The position numbers and the translations under genes are program-made. A stretch of 62,907 nucleotides of DNA, counting the filler, from Chiloscyllium plagiosum (Eukaryota), in the NCBI RefSeq assembly GCF_004010195.1. It is 3 parts of one record of this genome, joined end to end, with 100 filler letters (N's around TTAATTAATTAA, not from the genome) between each part and the next. Parts side by side here need not be neighbours in the genome. Positions count along the whole stretch, not along the records: positions 1 to 23,799 come from NC_057712.1; 2 more parts are not named here. One strand, given 5' to 3'. The notes under the pieces were generated by a model. It did not search any database and was not told where the DNA came from. It saw only the letters and a program-made list of their open reading frames with translations. How positions within the stretch are numbered: position 1 is the stretch's first letter; each line of letters starts with the position of its first letter. Of the stretch, positions 1 through 13,081 are shown piece by piece.

Positions 1-150
1 TGAGGGAGTGAGTGGGAGTGAGGGAGGGAGTGAGGGAGAGTGAGTGTGAGTGAGTGGGAGTGAGGGAGTGAGGGAGTGAGTGGGAGTGAGGGAGTGAGTG
101 TGAGTGAGGGAGAGTGAGTGTGAGTGAGGGAGTGAGTGGGAGTGAGGGTG
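1..150. repeat. GAGT/GAGG-based simple repeat
   Basis: Interspersed GAGT, GAGG and GTGA tetramers, with no C on the + strand. Confidence 0.9.
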
Positions 151-309
151 CTGATGCCTGTTGTCCTCAGTCGAGCTGGGAGCTCCTGTTCCTCTCCAGC
201 CTGCGGAGTGAGGGAGAGTGAGTGTGAGTGAGGGAGTGAGTGGGAGTGAGGGTGCTGATGCCTGTTGTCCTCAGTCGAGCTGGGAGCTCCTGTTCCTCTC
301 CAGCCTGCG
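102..309. repeat. Exact 104-bp tandem duplication
   Basis: 102-205 and 206-309 are identical (gagtgagggagagtg...ctctccagcctgcg). Confidence 0.9.
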
Positions 310-1084
310 TTCCTGTCCAGAGATCTCCTGCTGATTCTCCGTTTTCTCGAGCTTCCAGATGAGCACTGTCTGGTGTCAGGCAGCTCTGTAAATGCTGCCC
401 CTGCTGCTGTTACAACAGCACTAATACTGATGCCCTCTGTCTGTGTCAGTGCAGTAACAAGCAGACAGGCTGCAGGACCAGATGGCTGCACAGTAACTTG
501 CTGAGAGTGTTACTGGTTAAACAATGAAATACCATAACTGTGGACCTGTCAGACACCTTATTCTGGTGAAGTTAATTGATATTCAACACCAGCACCAGAA
601 ACAAAGCAGAACAGCAACAATATTACTCATGCAGGACAGGATGGTCACAGTCCGTTGCTTTACCTACTGTCTGGTTCACAGGGTCACTGCTCCCAGTAAA
701 TCACAAACCACGCAATGCAGGAGCTGCCTACTAGAATTAGGTCTCAAATGATTTCTGCTTCGATTTCCTGGTTCCGCTGGTCGTTCAAAAGCAGGTACTA
801 TTTACTCCAGTTAAAGTCACGTAGCTGGTATCAACTGGTTTTTCTTTCTGGGATGCTATCTAGGATTCCAGTTCCAGGAATGTACGCCTATAAATAGTTT
901 CGATTTTAAACACTTCTCTTATCTAACTGAAAAGTGTATCTGGGAAGTGGCAGGACCTGTTCTGGAGAATGTCTGAGCAATTCTTTTCCTGAAACAGCAG
1001 AAATCTAGATTAGTCCAGGACAACGTGTGAATGCAGTGTTACTGTTATTTAGTATCTCTTACCAAACTCTGCCATTTGCAGTCA

Positions 1085-2330
1085 CAGAGTCATTGCCAAA
1101 GTGAGGTACAGCATGGAAACAGACCTCTTTGATTCAATTTGTCTATGCCCACTAGATACTTTAATCTAGTCTTATTTTCCAACATTTGCCCATATCCCTC
1201 TAAACCCTTCCTATTCAATTAGCCATCCAGATGCCTTTCAAATGTAGTAATTGTACCAGCCTCCACCACTTCCTCTGGCAGCTCATTCCATATACATACC
1301 ACCCTCTGCATGAAAAGGCTTGCCCATTGGCCCCTTTTAAATCTTTCTGCTCTCACCTTAAACTTATGCCCTCTAGTTTTGGACTCCCACACTATGGGAA
1401 AAAGGCTATTTATCCTATTCATTCCCTCCCATAATTTTATAACCCTCTAAAAGCCATCCCTCAGCCTCCGATGCTCCAGGGAAAACAGCCCTGCCTCAAA
1501 CCCTCAAACCCTGGCAACATCCTTGTAAATCTTTACTGAACTCTTTCAAGTTTAACAACAATGTGGGGATGCTGGAATTGGACCGGGGTGGGCAAGGTCA
1601 AAAATCAAACAACACCAGGTTTTAATCCAAAAGGTTTATTTGAAATTGCAAGCTTTTGGAGCTCAGCTCCTATAGCAGGGAGACCAGAATTGAAAACAGT
1701 ATTCCAAAATTGGCCAAACCAATGTCTTGGTAGAGCCCCAACATAATTTCCAAATTTCTATACTTAGTGCACTGACTAATAAAGGTAAGTGTACCAAATC
1801 CCTTCTTTGTTACCTTGTCTACCTGTGACTCCACTTTCAGGGAATAATGAACCTGCACTCCAAGGTCCCCTTGTTCAGCAACACTCCCCAGGACCTTACC
1901 ATTTTGTGTATACGTCCTGCTAAGAATTGCTTTTCCAAGATGCAGCACCTCACATTAATCTAAATTAAACTCCGTCTGCCACTCCTCAGCCCAGTGGCCC
2001 ATCTGATCAAGATCCCATTGTACTCAGAGATAACCTTTTTCACTGCACCTCCAATATTGGTGTCATCTGCAAACGTACTAATCTTTCCTCCTATGTTCAC
2101 ATCCAAATCATTTACATAAATGACAAATGTCCGTGGACCCAGCACCAATCCTTGAGGCATATCACTGGTCACAGGTCTGCAGTCCATAAAACAACCCTCC
2201 ACCATCGCTCTTTATCTCCAACCTTCAAGCCAATTTTGTATCCGAATGGCTAGCCCTCCCTGGATTCCATGTGATCTGACCTTGCTAGTCAGTCTTCCAT
2301 GTGGAACGTGCCGAACACCTTGCTGAAGTC
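1085..2330 (-). mobile_element. CR1 (HER1-like) LINE, 5'-truncated and degenerate; a ~110-bp Penelope-type terminal fragment is inserted at ~1561-1670
   Basis: Minus-strand ORFs contain PQGLVLGP..F, FADDT, DLGV and the CR1 ORF2 C-terminus (RVVCIWNELPEEVVEA). The insert matches the inverted-repeat arm at 32181. Confidence 0.85.
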
Positions 2331-2806
2331 CTGAATGTGCTGAACTTAACTCAGTTGAGCACAGCCAATCCCATTTCCCTTCTAACCCTTCACCTACATT
2401 AGCTCTCGATTAAGCAACAACTTGATTTTAAAGCCTTCATCCACTGTAAATGATTCCATAGCGACATCCCTCACTAACTCTGTAATCTCCTCCAGCCTCG
2501 TGACCCTCTGAAGTATCTACACTTTCTCATTCTGGCATCTTTTGCTTTCTTCATTTTAGTCACTCAATCCCTCCTCGCCCAAGAAACCTAAGACCCATCT
2601 TGTTTGGCCTCCATGACAGTTCTCCTCAGGCTTTCCTTGCTATCCCAGCAGCATCAACTCCTCTCGTCCAATCCGATTGTTCTAATTGTACAGACAGGAC
2701 TTCCTTCTATTGAGTCCACCATTCAACCTGTTAAAGGCCTCAGTCTCTGAAATACCTCGAGATCACTATCCTCCTTTCTGCCACTCCAGCTCTTTGAGTA
2801 AATCTT

Positions 2807-5240
2807 CTGTCTACCCCTTCTCTCTACCATGGGAATTTCCCGCTGCTATACTAACTGCTGTGTACACACCACCACATGCAAAAGTTGAGAAAGCTCTGGA
2901 TGTGCTGTTCTCCAGCACTAACACCCTGGAGATGGAACACCCCGAGGCCCTGTTTATTGTAACTGAGGACTTCAGTCAAGCCAATCTAAGGAAGGTGTTG
3001 CCCAAGTACCACCAGAACATTACCTGCCCCACTTGGGGCCCGAACAGTTTAGACCACTGCTACATCACTGTGAAGGATCCCTACTACTCCATCCCCCACC
3101 CTCATTTTAGGAACTCTGACCACAATGCCGTGCGTCTTCTCCCAGCTTACAGGCAAAAGCTCAAGCAGGAGACCCCCTTGTGGATACAGGTCCAGCGCTG
3201 GTCAGAGGAGGCAGAGGATCAACTCCGGTGCTGTCTGGAATCGGCTGATTGGGCCATGTTCAAACAATCCACAGGTACCTTGGACGAGAACACCACCACC
3301 GTCACAGACTTTATCAGCAAGTGTGTGGAGGATTGCATGCCGAGGAAGTCAATCCGGGTGTTCCCCAACAGGAAACCCTGGATGAATCAGGATATACAGA
3401 ACCTGCTAAAAACCAGACATGAGGCCTTCAGATCAGGAGACCCACTCAAATATAAGGAATCCAAGTAGGACCTTCACAGAGCCATTAGGACAGCCAAGGA
3501 CTAATACTGATCCAAACTAGAGACCCAGACAGACACCCAGCGACTATAGCAAGGACTGAATGACATCACAGGTTCTAAAAAGAAACAGTGCAAGATAGCA
3601 GACGATAACACATCCCTCCCAGATTGTCTCAACGCCTTCCATGCTCACTTTAAGCAGACTTTTGGTGGAGAGGTAACACCTACTCCGACAAGTCCTGACG
3701 TATCTATCCCAATAGTCACTGCATCAGAGGTCAGATCAGTTTTCCTTCATGTGAATTCAAGGGAAGCAACGGGACCAGATGGAGTACCAGGCTGTGCACT
3801 CAGAGCATGTGCAGGGCAACTGGCAGAGGTCTTCTCGGACATCTTCAAACTCTCCCTGCAGCAGACCACTGTCCCTGACTGTTTCAAGAGGGCCAACTTC
3901 ATCCCTGTGCCTCAGAAGGCTCATGCAGCCTATCTCAATGGCTACTGCCCAATGGCCCTAACTTCGGTGGTCATGAAGTGCTTTGAAAGGCTGGTCATGG
4001 CATTGATCAACTCCAGCCTCCCCACTACTCTTGACCCACTCCAAATTGCCTATCGGATCAACAGATCCACAGCAAATGCCATATTGCTTGCCCTTCACTC
4101 CTCCCTAGACCATCTTGACACCAAGGACAGTTACATAAGAATCCTACTCATTGACTACAGTTCAGCCTTCAACACTATTATCCCATCGAGACTGATTACT
4201 AAACAGTGATCCCGAACTAAGCCCCACTCTCTGCAACTGGATCCGCAGTCCTGACCCACAGGCAACAATCAGTGAAGATTGGGGACAATATTTCATCCTC
4301 ACTAACACTCAACACTGGAGCCCTCCCAGGGGTGTGTACTCAGCCCCCTTCTGTACTCAGTATATACCCATGACTGCGTCGCCAAATACCAGACTGATGC
4401 CATTTACAAGTTCGCCAATGACACCACCATAGTTGGTTGAATGTCAGATGGTGATGAAACAGACTACAGACGGGAAGTGGAAGACCTGGAAAAATGGCGC
4501 ACTGAGAACAACCTAGCTCTCAATGTCGGCAAAACCAAGGAACTCATTATTGACTTTCGGCGGGATGTTACTCATGCCTCCCTACACTTTAACAGCACAG
4601 AGGAACGCATGGAGAGTGTCAAGCTCCTGGGAGTGATCATCCACAACAAGCTTTCCTGGACTCTTCATGTGGACCCACTGGTTACAAAGGCCCAACAACG
4701 TCTTTTCTTCCTCAGGCAGCTGAGGAAATTTGGCATGACAGCGAATACCCTTTGCCAACTTTTATAGTGTGCCATCGAGAGCATTCTGTCTGAGTGTATC
4801 ACTATCTGGTATGGCAACTGTACCATTCAAGATCGTAGACAGTTACAGAGAGTGGTGAACTCAGCCTGGACAACCACCAAGGCCAGCATCCCATCTATAG
4901 AATCCATTTACCAGGCCCACTGTCAAGGAAAGGCTGCCAGCATTCTCAAAGATCCATCCCACCCTGGCAATTTACAACCTCTACCATCGGGGAGTAGGTA
5001 CAGAAGCCTGAACACACGCACCAGCCGGTTTCAAAACAGTTTCTACCTTACTGTTGTTAGAATACTGAATGGACTCACAAACTCTTAACACTCGCCTGTA
5101 CCTGTGTTTTGTTTTTGCCGCTGTTTACCTATTATTTATTTCTCTATGCTCCTTAACTCTGTGATCTGCCTGTATTGCTCGCAAGATGAAGCTTTTTGCT
5201 GTGCCTTGGTACAAGTGACAATAAATTCAATTCAATTCAA
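2807..5240 (+). mobile_element. Rex1/Babar-like non-LTR retrotransposon, 5'-truncated and frameshifted
   Basis: APE endonuclease C-terminal motifs (LDHCY, SDH) and RT motifs (GPDGV, LTSVVMKCFERLV, IDYSSAFNTI, PQGCVLSP..YTHDC, F-A-N-DT). 3' (CAATT)n tail. Possible 7-bp TSD aaatctt at 2800-2806 and 5239-5245. Confidence 0.85.
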
Positions 5241-6209
5241 ATCTTTGATTATCTGACATAATTTTTGCTCGGGATCAATTTTCCAGCTTCACCGCTCCCT
5301 GCTACTGGCAGGTATGTTGTTACTGGCGGTATGTCATGTATATAAGTCAGGTGGGTATCTCTCCACTTTGCCACCCAGCCTCAATGAAACAGGAAGTCTG
5401 CCCCTTAGCTTGTTAAAGTGGCTGCTGCATATTGCCACTCAGGGACAGTCTTTTTAAAAGTTACTCAATTTGCAATCAACCTTTAATCTAGCAATGAGCA
5501 GTATGAACTACACCATGTCCACAAGAACAATTCAGCCCCGTGTGGCTTGTTGTCATACTTTATGCTATTAAAGGAACCACCGAAAGTGCAAGGTATTTGT
5601 CTCTGTTATAATCTAGTCTCTAGTGTCTTAGGCCCCCTACCTTCAGCTGCTTCATCGATGACCTTCCCTCCATCATAAGGTCTGAAGTGGGGATGCTCAC
5701 TGATGATTGTACAATGTTCAGCACCATTTGCAACTGCTCAGATACTGAAGCAGTCAGCGTTCAATGATCTGGACAATATCCAGACTCGGGCTGACAAGTG
5801 GCAAGCTCCACACAAATACCAGGCTATGACCATCTCCAATAAAAGACAATCTATCCACTGCCCCTTGAATTGCAATGGTATCATTTTCATTGAAAACTCC
5901 ACTGGGGGTCATCATTCATGAGACATTCAACTGGGCTCACCACATAAACACAGTGGCTACAAGAGCAGGTCAGAGACTAGGAATACTGCAGAGGGTAATG
6001 CACCTTCTGCCTCCCCAAAGCCTGTTCAGCATCTACAAGGTACAAGTCAGAAGTGTGGTGGAATATTTCTTCACTTACCTGGATGGGAGCAGTTCCAACA
6101 GCATTTAAGAAGCTTGACACCATCCAGGACAAAGCAGCCCATTTGATTAGCACCAAGTGCACAAGTATCCACCCCCTCCACCACCACCGCTCAGTAGCAG
6201 CAGTGTGTA

Positions 6210-6562
6210 ATGGGGAAGCAATAGCCTAGTGGGATTATCACTGGACCATTAATCCAGAAACTCAGATAATGTTCTGGGAACCTGGGTTCAAATCCTCCCG
6301 GTAGAATTTGAATTCAATAAAGAGTCTGTAATTAAGAGTCAAAAGATGACCATGAAACCATTGCCAGTTGTCAGGTAAAAGACATCTGGTTCACCAATGT
6401 CCTTTAGGGAGGGAAATCTGCTGCCTTACCTGGTCTGACCTCCATGTGACTCCAAACCCATAGCAATGGAGTTGACACTTAACTGACCTCTGGGCAATTA
6501 GGGATTGGCAATATATGCGGGCGTGGTCAGAGATGCCCACATCCGATGAGTGAATTAAGAAA
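6210..6562 (+). mobile_element. tRNA-derived SINE ('family 2') sharing its 3' tail with LINE family B
   Basis: A-box-like tagcctagtgg and B-box ggttcaaatcc. Tail gggcaattagggattggcaatatatg...gcccacatcc. Interrupts the host LINE between gtgtgta and atctac. Confidence 0.75.
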
Positions 6563-6704
6563 ATCTACATGCTGCACTGCAGAAATTCACCAAAGATCCT
6601 CAGACTGCACTTTCCAAACCAATGGCCACCTCCATCCAGAGAACAAGGACAACACCATCTTCATGTTCCCCTCCAAGCCACTCGCTGTCCTGACTTGGAA
6701 ATGT

Positions 6705-7383
6705 TTAGGTTAGATTCCCTACAGTGTGGGAACAGGCCCTTCGGCCCAACCAGTCCACACCGACCCTCCGAAGAGTAACCCACCCTGACCTATTTCCCTC
6801 TGATTAATGCACCTAATTTAGCATGGCCAATTCACCTGACCTACACATAGAGTCATAGAGATGTACAGCATGGAAACAGACCCTTCGGTCCAACCCGTCC
6901 ATGCTGAACAGTTATCCCAACCCAATCTAGTCCCACCTACCAGCACCTGGCCCATTTCCCTCCAAACCCTTCCTATTCATATACCCATCCAAATGCCTCT
7001 TAAATGTTGCAATTGTACCAGCCTCCACCACTTCCTCTGGCAGCTCATTCCATACATGTACCACCCTCTGCGTGAAAAAGTTGCCCCTTAGGTCTCTTTT
7101 ATATCTTTCCCCTCTCACCCTAAACTTATGCCCTCTAGTTCTAGACTCCCCGATCCCAGGGAAAAGACTTTGCCTATTCATCCTATTCATGCCTCTCATA
7201 ATTTTGTAAACTTCTATAAGGTCACCACTCAGCCTCCGATGCTCCAGGGAAAACAACCCCAGCCTGTTCAGCCTCTTGTGGGAGGAAACCCACGCAGACA
7301 CAGGGAGCATGAGGTTGGAATCGAACCCAGGTCCCTGGCATAGTAAGGCAGCAGTGCTAACCACTGAGCCACTGCACCACCCC
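6705..7383 (-). mobile_element. HE1-type V-SINE split by a CR1 3' end (6847-7275, - strand)
   Basis: SINE tail at 6705-6846 and tRNA-like head at 7276-7383. The intervening ORF encodes a CR1 C-terminus (LNRLGLFSLE...RVVHVWNELP). Confidence 0.85.
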
Positions 7384-8287
7384 TTGTATATCACCATTCA
7401 TTCTCTGGAATTTCTTCTCTAACAGCATTGTGGGTCAACCCACAGCGCCTGAAGTGCAGAGTCTGAAGAAGGCAGTTTATCACCACCTTCTCAAGGGCAG
7501 CAAGGGGCAGGCAATAAAAATGCAATTTCCCCATGGAGGAATAAATTTTTAAAAATGCATTAGTCATGCTATCGCTTTAAAGTCAAGTTTCATTTGGTCT
7601 CACAGACTATCCATATCTAAACACGGAATTCCCATCAATCTCTATTTCTGGCTATGTGTAATGTACTGTTTTGAATTTGCAATGTTTTATATATTGTTCG
7701 TTTGGAGATGCCATACAGACAAAAACAAGATATTCAGCTTTACAAAGCAGCACATTGATTACTCAAGTAGTTGTAGATTCTGTTTTATTTCTAGCTGTTT
7801 TTAAGGCCCACAAATTTCATACTCAGCTAAGAACCTTACAGTATGCAAATGCACACAATTGCTGAAGAAACTGCCAAATGTATGTAAAGGTCTAGCTTTC
7901 TGCTCCAGTGCAGGGTTCCTAACCTTTGGCCATTCCCCTGCAACTCTCACTGATCCCATGGCACCTCATTGACAATGGCTGAGTCATTTTCTGCACTGTT
8001 CACCCTTCAACAGACCCCTCCGAGTTCCCAGTACTGACTATGGCTGTCACCCTCCCCCCATAATTATCCACCTCCATGTACTATGTCTGGCCCAGACCCA
8101 ACATGCAACCCCATCAACACCATCCTTTACCTGAACAATGCCCTCTTCAATCCCTTACTGAGTGCTTTCACAAACCTAATTACTGTCTTTGGTAGCATGC
8201 TAGTTGGCACCATTATTTTCCTAATAAGGTTATAGGATCATAAGGAACAGGCAATTCAGCCCCTTGAGATTGTTCCATATTTTAGCA

Positions 8288-9515
8288 TTTGTTGAGGAGG
8301 TAACTAATGGAGTAGAGAAGGGAGAACCAGTGGATGTGCTGCACTTGGATTTCAGAAAACTTTTGATAAGGTCCCTCATAAAAGATTAGTGAGCAAAACA
8401 GAAGGGGTAGGGCTAATGTATTCATATGGACTGAAAATTGAGTGACAGACAGGAAACTGACTGGGATTAAATGGGTCTTTTTCCAAGTGGCAGACTGTGA
8501 CTACAGGTACTACAAAGATTAATGCCCGGAGTCCCAGCTATTCCTGATTCACATACATACATGGCCTAGCTGAGAAAAGCAAATGCAACTTTTCCAAGTT
8601 TGCTGATAACATTAAAACTGGACAGGGTTATGAATTGTGTGAAGATGTAAGGAGATGTCAAAGTAATTTGGACAAATTCAGTGAGTGAACAAGCTCTTGG
8701 CAGCTGCAAAGTGGCTAAATATGAAGTTGTACACTTCAGTGCGAAAAACAGAAAGGAAGAGTATTATTTAAATGGTGATACATGGGAACTATGGATGTAC
8801 AAAGGAGTCTGGATATTCCTGTACACCAGTCCATGAAAGTAGAAAGGCAGGTGCAGCATGCAATTTGGAAGATAAATGGTATATTGGCCTTCAGTGTGAG
8901 AGGGTTTGAGGTCAGAAGTAGGGATGTTGTACTGCAGTTATACAGGGCTTTGGTGAGACCACACCTGATATAATGCATGCAGTTTTGGTCTCCTTACTTA
9001 AGAGCAGATATACTTACCATAGCGGGAGTTCAGCAGAGATTCACTAGACTGATACCAGGGATGGCAGGACGGTCCTAATGAGGAGAGATTGATTCAGTTG
9101 GGTGTGTGTTCACTGGAGTTTAAAATGATCAGAAAGGGGATCTGATTGAATGTTTGAAATTCTAATTGAACTAGACAGACTAGATGAAGGGACGATGTTT
9201 TTCCTGGTTGAGGAGCCTTGAACTAGGACTCACAGTCTCAGGATACAGAATAAACCATTTGGGACTGAGATGAGGAGAAACCTCTTCACTCAAAATGTGT
9301 TGAACCTGTGGAATTCTCTATTGCTGAAGGCTGTGGCAGTTGAGTCACTGAATATATTTAAGAAAGAGCAAGCTAATCATTCAGATTTTCAAGACATCAA
9401 GGAGATGGGATGAAAGTGGGAATATAGCAATCAAGTACAGGATCAACTATGATCATATTGAATGGTAAAACAGGATCAAAGGGCTGAATAATCTACTTCT
9501 GCTCTTAGTTTCTAT
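8288..9515 (+). mobile_element. Older, degenerate CR1 LINE (RT to 3' end)
   Basis: Decayed LDFRKxFDKVPH, KFAD and LQLYRALVRPHL motifs, followed by a CR1-type 3' end. Confidence 0.8.
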
Positions 9516-9539
9516 GTTTCTATTAATTCATAACTTCCA

Positions 9540-9915
9540 CCTCCAAGTCAAAAGGGTGTGGGTTAAAGTTCATGTTCAGAAATCTGAGTGCAAAATTGAA
9601 GGTGACAGTTCATGCAGTACTGATGGAGAACTGTGCTGTTGGAGATCCTGTCCTCCCAAGGCGCCATCTGGCCTTAAACAAAAGATCCCATGTCTATGTT
9701 TGGAAGAGGACCAGAACACTTCTCGATGGTACCCTGGCTGATGTTTAATTCTTAATGAAAAACACTAAATAAACGGATTACCTGCTCAATGTCACATGGT
9801 TTTTGCTGTCATAAATTACAATATTGCAACAGTGACTGTAACTCTAAAATATTTCATTGATATAAAGTGCTTTGGAACATCCTGAGATTTTGGAATGTGC
9901 TCCATAAAGATAAAC
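9540..9915 (+). mobile_element. DeuSINE (SacSINE1/AmnSINE1-like), degenerate
   Basis: Deu-domain-like aaagatcccatg...ccctggc...aacactaaa...gattacctg and 3' acaacagtgact...aaagtgctttgg..catcctgag. Recognised from memory of the consensus. Confidence 0.65.
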
Positions 9916-10786
9916 CTTTTATTCTCTTGCATTTTGAAAGTTGACTGTTATGTAACTTTTTTCATTAATTCATATTTTCAGAAACATAAAATTAAATACA
10001 GTAGGTACGGCAAACAGCTAATAATGCTATGAATTTGACAATACAGTTTGATAGAGGACTTTTATTAACAAATATTGATAAACCCCAAAAATGCTTTACA
10101 CATATGTGAACATGAGAGTAGGAATATTTGATTTTGGTCAATTCATCTTACAGCAAAATGCTAAACTGTTGCAAATCAATTAAACAAAATAGACAAAAGA
10201 TCCCAATGTCTTTTTAAATGTAAAAAACAATGCAATAACATTCTTGTAAATGCCAAGATAATGATTGAGAACTACTGGCTGATTCTTCTCATGCAGTGTT
10301 TTAGTGCGAAGCTTCTCCTGGGTGAACGATGTGGAAGAAGACTGGACAGAAGGATTGCACAGTATTTAGGGTGCCTTCCTAGTTTCCTGTCCACATAAAT
10401 AGGAAGATCAGATAGGCTCCTTGTCAGACAGGTGACCTTTTATGCCTTTTTCCTAAGCTCCCCTTTAAATACAAACAAGATCTTCCACATTGATCAGGCC
10501 ACCACTCTAGTCTCTGAGGATACAAAATTGACCAGTCATTGAGTTTTCCTACCATAGTCTCAACTCAAGAAAAGCTTTTCCACACAAGTCTTTAGAAGTC
10601 TTTACATGATTTCTTGGATTTCACATGTGTTTTGCATGATGTTGAGAAACATAATATGTTAGCGCTCCTTTACATACGATTAAATGTATTTAGCATTCTT
10701 GGTGATATATAAAAATCACGCTTACAATAAAAAATTAGCAATTCAATATTAGGGAAAGTAATGGCAACTTCAGTAAGATGTTTGAA

Positions 10787-10792
10787 TTTATT
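10787..10792 (-). terminator. Candidate poly(A) signal of gene A (alternative at 10061-10066)
   Basis: AATAAA on the minus strand just downstream of the stop codon. A second lies ~750 bp further downstream. Confidence 0.3.
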
Positions 10793-10806
10793 GCTTGTCT
10801 TGAAGT

Positions 10807-10884
10807 TCATGAGGCTGATTTCCATCTATGGGTTGATATAATCGCATGTATTGTGTACAGAAAGGTAGCCAGGAAGGCAAACAC
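10807..10884 (-). CDS. MAL: MAL-like gene A, last coding exon (exon 4)
   Basis: tttcag acceptor. Translates to VFAFLATFLYTIHAIISTHRWKSAS*, matching the MAL C-terminus (human VFSYIATLLYVVHAVFSLIRWKSS). Orthologue versus paralogue status is not resolved. Confidence 0.92.
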   Translation of the reverse strand: MFAFLATFLYTIHAIISTHRWKSAS

Positions 10885-11580
10885 CTGAAAGAATAAGACA
10901 CAAAAATGTTTGACACAACCATAATATCAGAAGCAAGAAAGTTTGAAACCAAATGATTTGTGCCGTTTTAAAAGCGGACTTTGCATTACTTTCTGTTCTG
11001 CGCCTAGAAATATTCTTGTAAAGTCGAGAAAGCATTCATGTGCTTCTGGCCTGTACACTGTGGTGCCCACGCCTCGCAGAGCAAACTGCGGCCAGTTGTG
11101 ATCCTACTCTCTGATGCCCGAACATGCTTCGAGTGGTAGTACAGGAACTAAATGGTGTTCCAAAGGGAGAGAAACCCCAAAGTCAATTCTTCGCTTGATT
11201 ATCACTCTTCAGTGAACCCCATGACAATCATCAGAGGGAGACAAAACTTGACTCAATTGCAATTCTCTCAGCAGCATCAACAGCCCCAACTTTCTACCTG
11301 AAGTTGTTAATGTGGCAATGGACAGGCAAGGGAAGTTAAGAATTTCACCATCAATTATGGTGAAAGAAATATCAAAGTGAGTATCATTTTGGATGAGGAT
11401 TATTTTAACCACAAAACATGGCTTGTTTGAGGTCGGGTGGATGTTTACTTTTTTTTGAAGTTCTCAAACATAACTCAGCCTTGCTCTAACACAACCTCCA
11501 CCATGTTTAATGGAGATTGCTGCAGTGATAGACAACTCTTCTTCCTAACCACTAAACGTATATTTTTTCTCTCACCAGCT

Positions 11581-11808
11581 AGTTTGCACGTTCTCCCCGT
11601 GTCTGCGTGGGTTTCCTCCGGGTGCTCCGGTTTCCTCCCACAGTCCAAAGATGTGCAGGTTAGGTGAATTGGCCATGCTAAATTGCCCGTAGTGTTAGGT
11701 AAGGGGTAAATGTAGGGGTATGGGTGGGATGCGCTTCGGCGGGTCGGTGTGGACTTGTTGGGCCGAAGGGCCTGTTTCCACACTGTAATGTAATCTAATC
11801 TAATCTAT
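11581..11808 (+). mobile_element. HE1-type V-SINE, 5'-truncated
   Basis: V-domain gtttgcacgttctccccgtgtctgcgtgggtttcctccgggtgctccgg. Tail gggccgaagggcctgtttccacactgtaa followed by (taatc)n. Confidence 0.9.
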
Positions 11809-11904
11809 CAGAGTTGCTCATACAATCAGAAACCTCAATCCAAAGACTCCAGACAGGGAAAAAATAAGGTGCATGTTATATGGATGGCAATACCACAATG
11901 TGCA

Positions 11905-13081
11905 AGGGCAGGCCATTGAGTATAGGAGTTGGGAGGTCATGTTGCAGCTGTACAGGACATTGGTTAGGCCACTGTTGGAATATTGCGTGCAATTCTGGTC
12001 TCCTTCCTATCAGAAGGATGTTGTGAAACTTGAAAGGGTTCAGAAAAGATTTACAAGCTTGTTGCCAAGTTTGGAGGGTTTGAGCTACAGGGAGAGGCTG
12101 AACAGGCTGGGGCTGTTTTCCCTGGAGCATTGTAGGCTGAGGGGTGACCTTATAGAGGTTCATAAAGTCATGAGGGGGATGGATAGGGTGAATAGTCAAA
12201 GTATTTTCCCTGGGGTGGGGGAGTCCAGAACTAGAGGGCATAGGTTTAGGGTGAGAGGGGAAAGATATAAAAGGGACCTAAGCGTCAACTTTTTCATGCA
12301 GAGGGTGATGCGTGTATGGAATGAGCTGCCAGAGAAAATGGTGGAGGCTGGTACAATTGCAACATTTAAAAGGCGCCTGGATGGGTATATGAATAGGAAG
12401 GGTTTGGAGGGATATGGGCCAAGTGATGGTGAATGGGACTAGTGTGGCCGCACTTGGAATATTGTGTACAGTTCTAGTCCCCATATTTCGTAAAGAAAGT
12501 GGAAGCATTGGAAAAGGTGCAGAGGAGATTTACCAGGATGTTGCCTGGTCTGGAGGGAAGGTCTGATGAGGAAAGGCTGAGAGACTTGGATCTGTTTTCA
12601 TTGGAAAGAAGAAAGCTGAGAGGGGATTTGATATAGAGACATACAAGATGATAAGAGGATTAGATAGGGTAGACGGTGAAAGACTTTTTCCTAGGAATGA
12701 TGACGTCAGCCTGTACGAGGGGCATAGCTACAAATTGAGGGGTGATAGATTTAAGACAGATGTCAGAGGCAGGTTCTTTACTCAGAGAGTGGTAAGGGTG
12801 TGGAATGCCCTACCTGCCAATGTAGTCAACTCAGCCACATTAGGGAGATTTAAACAATCCTTAGATAAGCACATGGATGATGATGGGATAGTGTAGGGAG
12901 ACGAGTTGAGAATAGTTCACAGGTCAGCGCAATATCGAGGGCCGAAGGGCCTGTTCTGCGTTGTATTGTTCTATGCTCTATGTTCTATGATCTTGATTTG
13001 GGTAGGATATCTGGGTGGTATAGACGAGTTGGACCGAAGGGTCTGTTTCGTGCTGTATATTTCTATGTCTCTATGACTCTA
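11905..13081 (+). mobile_element. CR1 3' end with a second CR1 subfamily inserted at ~12443-12988
   Basis: Two successive CR1 ORF2 C-termini (ORFs 11873-12442 and 12648-12896) with different tails, (ttctatg)n and ctctatgactct. Confidence 0.88.

Larger units (their letters stand above)
5625..7545 (+). mobile_element. 3' part of a CR1/L2-group LINE ('family B'), hosting nested SINEs and a CR1 end
   Basis: Homologous to 16080-17000 (FI-DLPSIIRS, ADDC-type motif, IYKxQVRS). Ends in ...caccaccttctcaagggc...ggcaataaa. Confidence 0.75.

Noticed and set aside
102..309. 104-bp tandem duplication as a biological element
   Set aside because: It is perfectly identical, about one read length, and adjacent to a simple repeat, so it is most likely an assembly artefact.
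265..362. 'AFLSRDLLLILRFLEL' as a MARVEL-like exon 1 for gene B
   Set aside because: The ORF starts at TTG, the nearby ATG is in another frame, and there is no GT donor after the EL codons.
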